Shown piece after piece: positions 35,651 through 48,400 of a stretch of 64,000 nucleotides of DNA (its first letter is position 1; every line of letters starts with the position of its first letter). Position numbers and translations under genes: made by a program. The DNA is from Blasia pusilla. Taxonomy: Eukaryota. The stretch lies in assembly GCA_050084515.1 (NCBI GenBank), contig CM114271.1, positions 37,572,001-37,636,000 of the forward strand. The letters are read 5' to 3'. The notes under the pieces were generated by a model. The model was given only the letters and a program-made list of their open reading frames with translations, had not been told where the DNA came from and did not search any database.

Positions 35651-38600
35651 CCTTTGATCCAAACTCCAAGTCAAGGGCAAGAATCAAGGCTAACATGAGT
35701 AGTCAAGATGAGTGAGGCGCCACAAGACTAATTATGAAATACGATGGGGCAAAACAAGCATTAGACGAGAAACGGGGAGGCAAGATGGGCGCTAGCCATG
35801 AGACACATGAAATGTGTGTGCAAGCTCCAAGATGTTTTTGGGGAGTGGAGAGTTGCTGAATTTGGGAGAAGCCTCTATTAAGGCATCGTGAGGGATAGGT
35901 AGTCAAATGCAAGTTTGGTGGGGTCGCAAACCATCTTTGGGTTGAGGATCAAAATCAAGGGCCTGATGAAGACAATGGGGAAGGTGGGGTTTCCATGGAG
36001 AAACCCATAAGTACCTTTAGGGGGGGTGGGGTGGGGGGGATACTCTCCCTCCATACTTGATCAAGTTCATGAATAAGGAACTAACCATAATGCATATTTG
36101 GCCTGGTTTTAGGTTGAGCTAAGGCACGGTTTGGGACAGACTTTGATGGATTCAGTATAGGCAAGCAATGTGGGGAGATTGGTGGGGGTTTGGGGAAGAA
36201 ACTTCCTAGGGAGAAAATATGCAATAGGGGAGACTCAACTCGATTAGAGCTTAATGGCTTCTCCGCTATCTACGGAATGCACGACCACTTGAGTCTTTGA
36301 GACTCAACCCAAGACTTCTACTTGCAAAGCTCAAGGTTGGGAGTGCTTCATAGTGGAGCAAAGAGGAGTAGAGGTTGAATTCTAGAATAGTTAGATACTT
36401 TGTAAATTATCATCACGACCTTACCTTACTATGACCAAACCAAAGTAAGAGAACAAGCCACATTAATACCTATTCAAATTGTTGCGAATCAAATGGACTT
36501 GATCGTGAGAGGAACTTAGAAGGAGAAAAAAATTGTAATTGAGACTACTTCTCAAAATGTGTATTTTGGTGCAAGTAGTGGGATGTATTTATATGGCCAA
36601 GTTTAATAAAAGGGGTTTACTACTTGTGTATATTTTCATTATTGTGGCACCACATAGCACAAGCCCCATATCAGCATGGGTAATTATGTGTTTCATGGAC
36701 TATGTGGATTATTAAATCTACATGCATCATATAAGGATGTACATACGAAGAAATGTACCAAAGGTTATCCCAAATCTTTTGCATCCATGACACCAAAGAT
36801 GACTATCCCACATATCAAAGGATTGCATCCTATAATTTACATTATCTTCCAAAATCTGTAATTTTGAGAATAGGAAGTGCAAAAATAACATTTCATTATG
36901 TTATTTTTGCATTTTCTTCTACATGATGTTCTACTTATTTTTATATATATTTTTTGGTGATGCTATAGATTGGAAAATGGAAAGAAAGTTTCAAAATATG
37001 ACACATACTTGGATACTTGCAATATAATCCAATATTGTGTACATTTTTTTTATTACCATACCAACATGGAAACTATCATCTATAGTGCATTGGTAGCAAA
37101 ATACTTCAATAAATATGTTTATATTTACTGCCATCTAGATTATTATTATTCGAGAGTGTTTTATTGATTTGCAAATATGTAATTACAAATACGTGATTGA
37201 CATGTGTTCAATTTTTTAGAATTTTTTTTTATTTGTTATAACATCATTTTAATTTTTCAGATTTTTTTTTTAAAATTTGTCATAACATCATTAGTGCTTT
37301 TACGTGGAATGGGCACTTACAGTATTAGAATGAAAATAAAATAGTGCTTGGAAGTCAGGAACGCGCTCACGGGTGAAGAGCGAGTCGGAGGCGGTGCGAA
37401 AAATGGAGGGAGTTGTAGCTATGGAGTGTCGGAGTGGCTGTGCCCGTGGAACCGTGCGACAACAATTATTTTCATTTCCGCATTGAATCGTCAGTCGATG
37501 TTTCAGACGGATGAAGTCTTGGAACTATTCAACTATTCTTGTGCTGAGATCTTGGGTCCTGTAACTTAAAGTGTGTTCAGCACACCCCAGCCTGGCTGTC
37601 GTCGCAAGCAGACATTCATTCATTGAAGGGAGCAGCGCTCCGCAAACCATCTAGAAATCAAAACGCACTTATTGAGCCATCTTCAACACGTGGAAGGCGA
37701 GTGCGCTCATTCATGTGTGCGTTCATGACACTGATTTTGTGCGTTTGGGGCCCCTTGAATGCAGCTCGCGCTTCAAGTCGTGGGGAAGTTCCAGGCTTCC
37801 AAAGTTCCAGTGGGAGACGAAACGAAACGAAACGAAATGAAAATGAAAATGAAAATGAAATGGAAGGAGCACGAGGGGGAGGAGGCAAAATGATGGCACT
37901 GGAGTCGCGGATGTCGCAAGCTTGCAATTGTGAACTTGCATCAGAGCGGGGGCGGGATTCGATACGTAAATCTTTTGGCGTAGATCGGCTGGACTGGAGT
38001 CCACCAATGACTCGTGAAGCAACACTTGAAGACCTGTGCGTGGAGAATTCGTGATCAATGACATCAGGCCTGAGGGGGTGCGGAGTCAGGGAAGGACGCG
38101 AGGCAGTGGCGGGGGTGTGAGGAGCGAGCGGGGAGGAGAGACGAGAGACAATGGATCGCGGATCGTACAGCCAATGCGCAGATGGCACGAACAGGGCAGG
38201 AAAGGTAGTAGCAGCTTTCAGCAAGGAAGGAAGCCTGGATTTGTACGATCGTAGTAGGTGTGCGAAAGTCGACCGACATTGATCTTGTTTAGAATTCACA
38301 CTGACGCGGTGGGGGAACCGGTCTTCTCCGTTCTTGCCTTACGATTGCGTGCGTCTCGGCGGCTCCTCGTGCAACGCTTGGCAGTAGATGGAAGAAGTAC
38401 CGATCGATGTTCTCAGTGAATGCGATGCGTGAGACTCGCGTTGGCAAATTGGTAGGTGCAGCCGACATTGATCCTCTTGAGCCAACGGCGCCGGTGCCTC
38501 TCGGAACCCCTGGGTTTTTCTTGCAACGGAGGGAACGACCATGCGAATCGGCTGAAGAACGGCCGGGCTGTCAGAAGAAGAGTGAGCATCACAGAACAAA

Positions 38601-39162
38601 CCACGACCACGCATCGATAAGACTCACAGCTATGGCGATTCCATCCGCCGTCCAGTCAGCTGCAGTAGTACTCGTGTTTCACAGCCTGCTCGCTCAGGTT
38701 AGCTGGGCGTGAAATCTGACTTCGGCAGCGCCACCGTCCGTAGAGAAGGAACCACCTGGTACTCTCGCTCCACATGGTTACGAGGTGTCTGCATGTGACG
38801 GTCGATTTTAAACTGCGGTGTTTACTGAGAGCGCACACTGCGCAGACCAGATATGGGCTGCCAGTGATCGAACGTGGGAAACTCATGAGCATTATCTCTC
38901 TGCCTGCTCCGGCGTACGTCCTTCTCGCGGACTGACGAAAGGCGGTTGGTAAGGTGCGGTGGCCAAGCTACTAAGAAGTGAGAGTGGGTGCGGTGGTGGT
39001 CCGTGGAGCAGGACTCCAGGAGCGAACGAACGAACGGACGAGTACGTACGGGAAACCACGAGGGTCTGCGCTTGGGTTCGACTGATTCCTGCCTTCTTTC
39101 TCCGTCTCTCAGCACCGACCGAGACCGACTTCGGTCCGACTTCCAGCGCTGCGCATCTGCGG

Positions 39163-39173
39163 TTTATATATAG
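39163..39173 (-). promoter_or_regulatory. TATA box (CTATATATAAA) heading a probable minus-strand transcript
   Basis: Consensus plant TATA isolated in GC-rich sequence, followed by UTR-like sequence with (CGTT)n and pyrimidine tracts. Confidence 0.5.
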
Positions 39174-40085
39174 TAGAATAGGATTCTGCGTCTTACCACA
39201 TCTGGGCATTGACGAGTACGGTTGCTGTCGCGGCCCATGGTAGGAAACGCGGGCGGCGGGCTATGGCGTTCGAGAGTCGAGACTCCAAGGAAACGCCACA
39301 GTGCCACACTCTGAGAGGTCCTTCGGCTCGCGCCGTGCCACGGCGTCACGGATTAGTAGCGACTACCACAACAGTAGCGCCTGCTATTTCTGTACTACGC
39401 TACGCTAGAGTGCAAGCACAGTGATTACTGTACCTTGCTGCGTCGTGAGCCTGTCGACGGGCGGATATATCCGAGTCGGAGATAATGTGCGGAGGGAGGA
39501 AAGATGTTTAGAACTTTAGGGGATATAATGGTACTGCACGGATTATTGGGGTCCTCGGACTGTCGGAGTCGTCAACTGACCAACTGATTGCCTCACCTCT
39601 GGGGACGATAATCATCTTCGTATCCTTCTTTTTCTTACCCCATCAACCTTGAGACTGTGTTGGCAACGGTCTCTGGGTCGGTCGCTCGTTCGCGGTGTGC
39701 TTGCGACTTTCACGTACTCGAAGGGGCGTGGTCTGCCAGGAAGAGGACATTCGTGGTCGCGAAAGAGATCGCAGATCCAGTGCAGAAACGTACTGTTTCC
39801 AACCCCATCTCCTCTACTGCAACCATTCCCGGGACTTTGGACCGGCCTTCGTTTCAGGTCTCGTGTTCCATGAGGCGTTGGTTTAAAACGATAGGTGTGG
39901 CGAGGGATTCCACGAAGTGAATCATGTAGAGTTGCCAGAACGCACATGCGTCCGCGAGGCAATGCGCCGACCACCTGATTCCGCAATCGCTCACATTGCC
40001 GGACGGTTGTGGAAGGCTCCGAAACCTGCTGTTAGGTGATTGGGGTTCGATTGCTAGGTTTTACTTATCTGCGAACCGCAACTCG

Positions 40086-40115
40086 AAGGAAGGAAGGAAG
40101 GAAGGAAGGAAGGAA
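40086..40115. repeat. (GAAG)7 microsatellite
   Basis: Direct reading. Confidence 0.9.
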
Positions 40116-43100
40116 CGCTTGGAATAATAATAAATCTTCGAAATTGACCGTCTTCTAGATTCGGTCTCAAGGTAATCATGTTTCCTTTACTCGCCATAAC
40201 ATCTCCCGAGCAAACTCGGACACCAAACTGAAGGGGCAGGGAGTCGTAGATCTGCGTCTCAGGCAGGACATTCTCGGCGATCTTCTTTGTTGACTAACAT
40301 ACCGTACTCGTTCCTGTCGACGATGTGAACAATACATAGACAGGACATAGCTGGACCGTCGCGCGCATCCATTGACGCAAGTGGCGGGCTGTGAGCGCCT
40401 GTGAAGCACGAACGTTCACAGACAGAGAGCCACCCGCACACACACATCCGATCGATTCCGATGTGTATAGCACTCGGTCGTGACTAATGCGGTCCCCAAT
40501 CCGATGTGTAGGAACCGTTACGCACTGTAGCAGGCTTACATTGGAGCCGCACTTAAAGCTCGCAGTAGTTCGCCACTTTGCAGTGCACTGCAGCCGTGCG
40601 AGCTATGATTTTCTGCTCCAGTGTAGTAGAGTACAGGAACCACGTCAAGGACGAAACCAGGGCTCTGTTAAATACCGGTTCCTGAAGATCGCAGTCATGC
40701 ACGGACCTCGGAGAAACACACAGACCGCAGGCTGGACGGTCTTTATGACAGGACATGCCTCCTGCGTAGTATAAATAAAAAGATAAAATATGATGACTTT
40801 ATCCGCAAGCGGCGATCCTTGAATCGTAACTCCGTTCCATGTATGAAGAACGTGCATGCATGATCTACAGGACTCCGGTGTGCGGAGGCGTTTTAATGAA
40901 TCGGCGTACTAACGCTGCGGGAGAATTGCGTCTGCTATACATAGAAAACCAAGCACCATAGCTCCCTAGCCACTGCTATATCCAGTACCTATCCGGTACG
41001 AGAAATCTCGCGAAGCTGGACTCCGGACGACCAGCTTGATGATCTGATCCATTGCAACTTGATCCAAAAGTCAGATATCGAAGCGTACGAAGTAGTTGTC
41101 TCCACGTATAGACCTTACTCCTCCAGATAAAATACGCCTTACACATAAAAAAGAAGCAAGACCACCACAAGTGACCCAGGGCGAGGTCGCTTTCGCTGGG
41201 AGCTGGCAGAGGTCGCTTTCCGAGATTATGATCGCCTGAACTCTGGGAGGTGCATGTTGTGACAGTGCCACTATTACGGTCCGTTTATGCAGCTCGGCCG
41301 CCCTCCTGCCTCGCCTGGCTCCATGAACTAGGGGGTCACGTTTCTGATCATGAAGGACGTCGTACAGTACAGTAGAGTACTGCCTACAACGAGGAAGGCC
41401 TTTACACAGGCCGTCACATTTTTGTTGGTTGCCGTCTACTGGAAAGGAAATAATTGATTGATGGATTGACCGGGAGCGGTGACGGCACTGCGCAGCATGC
41501 AGCCGTTGAATCCATATCTGGATCGGAAAGGAGCGCATCCATCCATCCGGTCGCGTCGCTCGCGCCCGATATAATTCACCAGCGCCTCTTCCCGAGCGTC
41601 TGCAGGTAGCCTAGAATTCTGGTGAGGAAGGGAGCTCCTCGCCTCGCAGCGCCTGCACGCTGGCTGCAGTGCCGCTGCACAGCACATGTAACAATCAAAC
41701 ATACGTCCAGTCCGTCCTGCGACTCCGCAGAGGCTCTACTCGTACACACACGTGGGCGGTGGAAAGATTGCCATAAACCCGAGGGTTCACTTTCCTAGTC
41801 CGGATCGACGATGGTGGCCAGCTTCTGGCTGCGGCCGCGGTTTCTTGGAGATCATCTCGCGTCGCCTGTTCCACGCCCGTTGTGCCTCCTTGTTGACGGC
41901 CGATAGTTGCAAACCACTTGTCTTGGCCCACTAGACGACTGAGCACTGGCCCAATTGTACCACCGTACCAGTACGTGCACATTTATGTCACCATGCCTGT
42001 GCCTGCGCTTTGCTTTGCTCACTTTAGCTGTTTCGAGGACTGTTCATGCTAGAGCAGGCTTTCGGTGGACTTACGGATCTCACCACGACTTCGCGAGACA
42101 CAACCTTGCGAACATGGACCCCGAGCCCTGGTTGGTTGGACTTCGAGACACGCGGAGAGAGAATGAGCACTGGTTGCATGTCAATGGGCATGGGACGGAC
42201 TGTATTGTCAGGATGTGTTCATCGTCGCTGGCATTCGATGTATTTCTCCACTTCTGAGCCCGAGGAAGTGATGTTTCTTCGCTTTTAGTCAAGGTCGACG
42301 GGCATACTAGCAACGAAGCAAGTACCAGTCAACGTGGCGTGTTCTTCCATAAATCTCCCTGTATCAGATTTCTTTTCTGTTTCGTGCTGCTCACCGTCCC
42401 ATGTGGATGAAGTTGACCAGCTTAGGATCCGTCTTCGATGATGATCGAGCGGACTCAACAACAGCGAATTGTGGTTTTTTCTGCGTATGGGAGAACGTAT
42501 TTTCCCACTTGAACGTTTTTTCAAATTGTGAAGCCATCTCGGGACCCTCGCCATCGAATTATCAACTTGAAGATTCTGCGTGTAATCCCCGTATCTGCCT
42601 TCTACCTCGACTTCCCCAAATTCTCGTATCGTTTGAAGTTCTACACCACCCGGCTGCAGCAAGCCTTTACTTTAAAGCAAAACATTCTCTTCAATTTTGT
42701 TGACCTGAGCATAGCACACTTTCTGGTCACTTAAACTCATGCCTCTCTCTTAAGTACTCCTTCCTTTATCGCTTGGTTGGATCCATATGTGAAGGTCTAT
42801 TCCCAAAACTAGATCTCATCATAATGTCTCCGGGCCCTACAACTTCCCATTACTCAGGAACTAATTGCAGTCCCTCGATTATCGATGTCACCGTTCCTGT
42901 GTGTGCATGCCCGGTGTGAATGCACACTGCTCGTGGATTTGCACAACATCATCCGTCTTGAGAATACTTTTTTCTCCAGGACACTCTGATGCTGTAGAAT
43001 TTTGCTCCATAATTGCTCCACATCCGCATTCTGACTAGTGCTGTGCCATGAAAATTTATTCGCTGCCAAGTGACTCCCACGTCCGGTCAATTCTGAGCCC

Positions 43101-44568
43101 GTATTTAGTCCGAATCCTCAAGATAGACGTTTCAAGAAATCTGATGGCACGAAACCGATCCCACCGAGTCCACAGAGGCCGTAAACCTGTCTCATTCCGA
43201 AGTGGACACTGATATCTATGAATCCAGGATTTGGACGGAACTAGATGAGGTGGGAAGAGCTTCGCTCGTCGTTATTAGAAGCGAGCATCCTGGATAGTCA
43301 CTTATCAGGTTCTAATCAATTTAAAAAATTTAATTTCTAATCCGCATCGCAAAACTGAAATGTGGAGATTTATCATCCAGGACACCGGAGGTACGAAGTC
43401 CTGATCACCCAGCTAGATGGTCGCATACGTGTATTCCCATGCCAGGCCGCCTCGATCGCCTACTTGGCACACAAAACTGGGATGGTGGTGTGATCGACAA
43501 CCGCGGAGACTTTCCAAGCCGCAGACGGTTCGAAACACCCGCCGGGCCTGTGTCCCCGATGGTCGCGGACTGGCCAGCGTTTCTGCAAACTGAAAACTCC
43601 CAGCAGAATTTTCCGTTGCGGTCATGCGATTTCTGCCACAGGTTATGGGGTGCAGCTCCACCGCGATCTAGGAGGCAACCTAAGGATCAATGTTCGTCGC
43701 CTGTTTTAGACATGGCGGAGATCTCGTTAAGTCTTGTGCATCTCTCGAATTTCTCGAACACCGCCCAACCGACCAGGGGCGCTCCAACCGGACACACACA
43801 TTTGTCAAGTGAGTGCGCGGCGAACTGGAGCACTGCTACAGGTCGTGGAACAGTCCCTGGCGATCAGGTCGATGGGACCCTGGAGCCAGACCGTTCTACT
43901 ACTACCACTACTACCTTGGCAACATTCGAGAGTATTTATCCAGGCGATGTCTTCGCTTCCGCGAACGACTGCTATCGTCTATTCGTAGATGGCCTTTCGT
44001 GGGATTACAGCGCCACCCATCAATTGCGCACGCTCCGACTTTCCCAATTTGTTGAACGATCACTCGTTCTGTGTGTAAAACCGTTAATCGATGCGGTGAA
44101 AAACTACAGATGAGTCGATTCCCTCATTTGTACGTGGCGACATGGTTCCGCGCTCCCAGAAGTTTGGGCCCACCCTAGGGAGAAGGGGAAGGAGAAGGAG
44201 AGGGAGAGGGAGAGGAAGAGGAAGAGGGAGAGTGTGTGTTCCACAACGGAAGCAGGGTGTTGATTTCTCGCGCTGCTTCACGTACAGTGAGTTGGATAGA
44301 GCAATTTCGCAGAGGATTTAATGGAGCGTGCCGATCTCAGTTGCGGTGAGCATAGTACCGCAAGTGACATTGTCGCTGCTCGACGACGCTCTCGCTGAAT
44401 CAACTTTGGATCAGCTGCAGGCGCTACGAGGCGCTTTAGCCGCCCGCGCGTTCATAAGTCGCTCAGAATGAGGTCTCGAGCGCGTTTCGTGATAAGCCAG
44501 CCACTGACGCAGCGATCAGTTATGCTGTAGAACAACTGATGATATAGTCGAAGCAACTGCTCGCAGAC

Positions 44569-44574
44569 TTATAA
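44569..44574 (+). promoter_or_regulatory. Possible TATA box of the PR-10-like gene
   Basis: TTATAA about 140 nt upstream of the ATG in otherwise GC-rich sequence. Confidence 0.3.
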
Positions 44575-44711
44575 GGACTGGAGCAATAATTTCGCGCTCG
44601 ACGACCGTGGGGATTGACGGTTTTCGTTCCAGGATTTTTGTGAATATAATTATTCACTCGTAAACGTACCGCAGCAGGCCAGCGGCGTAGCTCCGGATTG
44701 TGGTATCAGCA

Positions 44712-45452
44712 ATGTATACCATGGGCCCCGTGGAAGTGGAGCTCAACGTCTCAGCCGACAGACTCTGGGCGGCCATGAAAGACATGAGATCTATGCTTCC
44801 AAAAGTCATGCCCGTTTTGAGAGCATCCGTCGAACTCGAAGGGGATGGTGGCGCAGGGAGTGTGCGATACATCAAGTTTCCAGCTGGTAAAGCTCTTTTC
44901 CTTATTCCGCATTTCCACAAAGTAGCGTTCTCGAAGCAAATCGCCACAATTAACAATCAAAAGTATACACAAGTTCTTAGCTCCAGCCAACTGCAAGATG
45001 TGATGCGTTTTGCATTCGAACGAGATTCGATAAGTGGTATCCCAGGGCAGGTGAACAAAGTGACTCGGCATTAATGAATGTATACGGTCCGTCATGACGA
45101 TCACTGTGTTCGAGCATTGTCAGTGCTTTTTTACTGAATTCATTAGCTATGGTGTGGGTGCGGGGCAGATGTGTCAACCAAAATATATTCCATAGAGCGA
45201 ATTGACGTCATGGATGATGAGACCTACACGGAAGTTTACACTTTGATTGGAGGAGAGATCGACCGACAGTTCAGTTTTTACAGATCGACGAGGACGTTCA
45301 CACCTACCGTTGATAACTTGACGACTGCATCGTGGTTTGTGGAATATGAGCCTCTCGACAAGGGTAGTTCCCCGGAATACTCCAAACAGATGTTTGTAGC
45401 TCTGATTAAGGCACTCGAGTGTTACTTACTTTCTCACGATGACTACACTTGA
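44712..45452 (+). CDS. Bet v 1 / PR-10 / major latex protein-like (SRPBCC fold); exons 44712-44886 and 45169-45452, 152 aa
   Basis: VELNVSADRLWAAMKD, glycine-rich loop ELEGDGGAGSVRYIKF, ERID.MDDE..T..YTLIGG, W.VEYE and C-terminal helix K.LE.YLL.H are present. A single phase-1 intron (G|GTAAAG...GGGCAG) near codon 59 matches the usual PR-10 intron position, and the length is typical. Confidence 0.92.
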
Positions 45453-48400
45453 ACTAGCCGAGTGTGAATCCGAAGGTTCTCGAGATTGCGTAATAATGTG
45501 GGATAGCTCCACGTACAATTTTGGTGCTAAGAAAAAACCAATTCCAGTCGTCCAACCCCTGCAGCTTGCCCTCAGAAAATCTGATCGGTGCTGAGAGTAG
45601 CCCGCAGGCAAATGATGAAGAGCTGGCTAGTTTCCAATATCGCCTCGTCAATATCAATTTTCTCCATAAATTCAATTCAAAATCGAGCTAGTGTTTTCGA
45701 CTCTGAATCGAGTTTGTAAATGTGAGTCATGCGACCAGAAAGACGACAGAAGTGCTGCGAGATGATACATGTGCACGCTCAGAACTTGAGATATTCCACA
45801 CGACTTATCACCTCTCTCATGTGCATCTCCGCGGAATTTGTGATTCAGGAGATGCACTTGTACGACGCTATCAAAAGAACCACGGCCTAGCTTTGCGCGC
45901 GTGTCGGGCCGGGGAAAAGAATACGATTAATCTTAAGGTCGTCCGCAGGCTTCTACCTTATCAGCACCGGTAGCGCAACTGCATCCACACATGAACGTAC
46001 CGGCCACCTCGCCCATGCCCACTTTCGCAGGAGTTGCATTTATATCCACCACTGTGCAGCGCTGTCTACAGGCATAGCATAGCGCTTGGAGGCTTCTGTT
46101 TGTCTGCTTTTCTCCAAACAACATTGAAGATTTGACACATCAGTCCCACCCATTCACAGACTTTCCGCACATGGAGCCCAGCCCTAGTCAGCTGGCCAGA
46201 TATGGTTAGTGCTCAAGACAACTTGAAACATGGAACCGTCGAGTGTAAAAGCGTTTCCTGATGCTACAACGGGGCGTCAGCCAGCCCAAGCTGAAGACTT
46301 TAACTTTGAATCTGATCGTTTTTTTTTTTCTCGGGATGTGATTCTCGATTCTTGGATCACTGCACAATCCTTCCTTCCAAACTCAAGACGTGCGCCGAGT
46401 ATTCATGCTGTTTCGTGGCAGGAGGCGTCCAGTCAACTGGCATGCGGGCAAAATCCATGCGAACGGTCCAGCTTGACCAATTGCTCGACGCGACACCGAG
46501 TTCATGTCTACATATACGATATTATACATATAACGCAAGTATATGTCATATATATGTAGCTTCAAGTGAAGAAAACAAGGAAACTATCGAAGGCACAAGT
46601 TCTTCCTCAAGCCAAGGAAATACAGAACAACCATACGGAATCTACGTTTACAATTGCAAGCTAGTGTTTGTTGACTAAGTGAATGGCACCGTGAAGTTGG
46701 ACTTTCGCCTGCTTGCAATGGAAAAGCTGAGTCTTACTCTGCAGGCCTACTGAACATTTGGACCAGTTGAGACAACATCGAAATTCATATGATCCCACAA
46801 AAGGTAGCTTGTACGCCTAGGTATGCACGAATAGCGAAACACAAAAGACATTGAGGTGGTGAAGTCAGTGCTCACGTAACTTTTGCGGCCACGCATTCAT
46901 TTTGCCATAGAAGATATACAGATCGTACATCGGTTCAGTTTATATTCCATAGGATTGCGACTCTACTTGCGGTTTGACTGCTCAGCAGATTCCAATTTGT
47001 GATACAGCACAATGCTCTTACATCTTGCATATTTAACTCCGATATTGATCAGTCGATGTTTCAGATATGTAGGTATGCACTTATCGCTATCTTTAGTCAG
47101 ATTTCAGAATTCCTGTGTTCTGTTCGTGAACCGCAAACTGAAGGGGCTACTCAAGGCACCCTAAAGATTTCTAACCGCTTAGTACATTCAATAGATCGAA
47201 TATGAAGTCCGTGATCGACGGTCAGCCATCTTTGGTAGCTTGCCCATGACGATCTTTGTCGCACAAGCAACTTTGAGAACGGCGATAAAGAAGACCAAAA
47301 ATTCATGAGAGCTGTAGGGGTTTGCACCGTGATCGCAGCAACCAGATTGCGGGTACTATTGGACTCGTGAACGCTTTAATCCATATCGATTGATCAACGT
47401 TTCACACTCCAGATCTGCTTCTGCTGAAATCGATCTGAAAAAGATTGGGTTTCAGAGATCTTGCAGAACTACATCCTCTTGCGTTTACCTTCTCGACGAA
47501 TATCAGATTCGGCGTACCTGCACAGGCACGCTGAGATTAATTAAAATAGGAGTCTCCATGTGACGACTCAGAAGTCCCTTAAAACTCTTCGAACTTCTTG
47601 ATAACCGAATCTTGAGTGTCAGTTTCAATCCTTCCGCAGCAATACCTGAACTGGCACGATGATGAGATTTCAAAGCGGGCGGATACCGGTGGCGACGATG
47701 GATCATTCGAGTGATTTTTTCTTTTCTTTTCCGAACCCCAGCTCATCAACCGCCCCCGGTACCCTCGTAACTGAGTCTTGTCTTACCTAGCTCGCCTGGG
47801 AATTCGGTTATGCCATTTTCCTTCAGGAAATCGCATCCAGGCGTTGGCTGATCAAGCACAATCAAGCTCTCAGTGCGCAGAACTCGTTTGCCGATCGACT
47901 GGACTGGACGCAGTCGGAGCATGCGCAACAAGACCGGATGTGCGCAAAGGTTGTGGTTCAGCTATGTTGAGCAGAATTCTTTGATTTCCTAATGGCACTC
48001 GAAAATCCTCTCTCGATTTGAGATCGGAGATCCTCTCTTTGGGGCTGGCCGGTCGTGGTCATGTCTGACACTTTCTTGTTTTCGCAGGTTTTCCATGACG
48101 AACACTTTCTCTCTGTAGTAGTAAATGTCATCACATGGTGAAGTTCGCAATGTTTCTCCCACCTCCCCACTCTTCAAGCGACTGCCAACTTTCCCCTTTT
48201 CCAACATTAACGTGCGTCGGTATGGTTTCTCCAGACAGCATGTCAGCTATGGACTGCTACCATATTGGCGAAATTCGATCACCCACTCTGACAGGACATC
48301 GTTGGCTTGGGGATGTGAAGCGGTATACTTGTCATCAGTCTCGTGGAAGAAAACCATCCTTACGGCCCTGTCGAAGTAGTCGGCCATGGGGTACGTACGG

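Noticed and set aside
37658-38299. 213-aa minus-strand ORF as a protein gene
   Set aside because: Non-ATG start, runs through microsatellite-derived FSFSF sequence, and has no recognisable domain.
39780-39875. Possible decayed inverted PR-10 paralogue (GDGVG followed by TVRF in another frame)
   Set aside because: Needs several indels, and no second-exon similarity was seen; consistent with chance.
41628-41640. miR319-like GAAGGGAGCTCC (also miR160-like GCCTGGCTCC at ~41313 and miR171-like TTGAGCC at ~38477)
   Set aside because: Only 7-12-nt partial matches, with no fold-back precursor.
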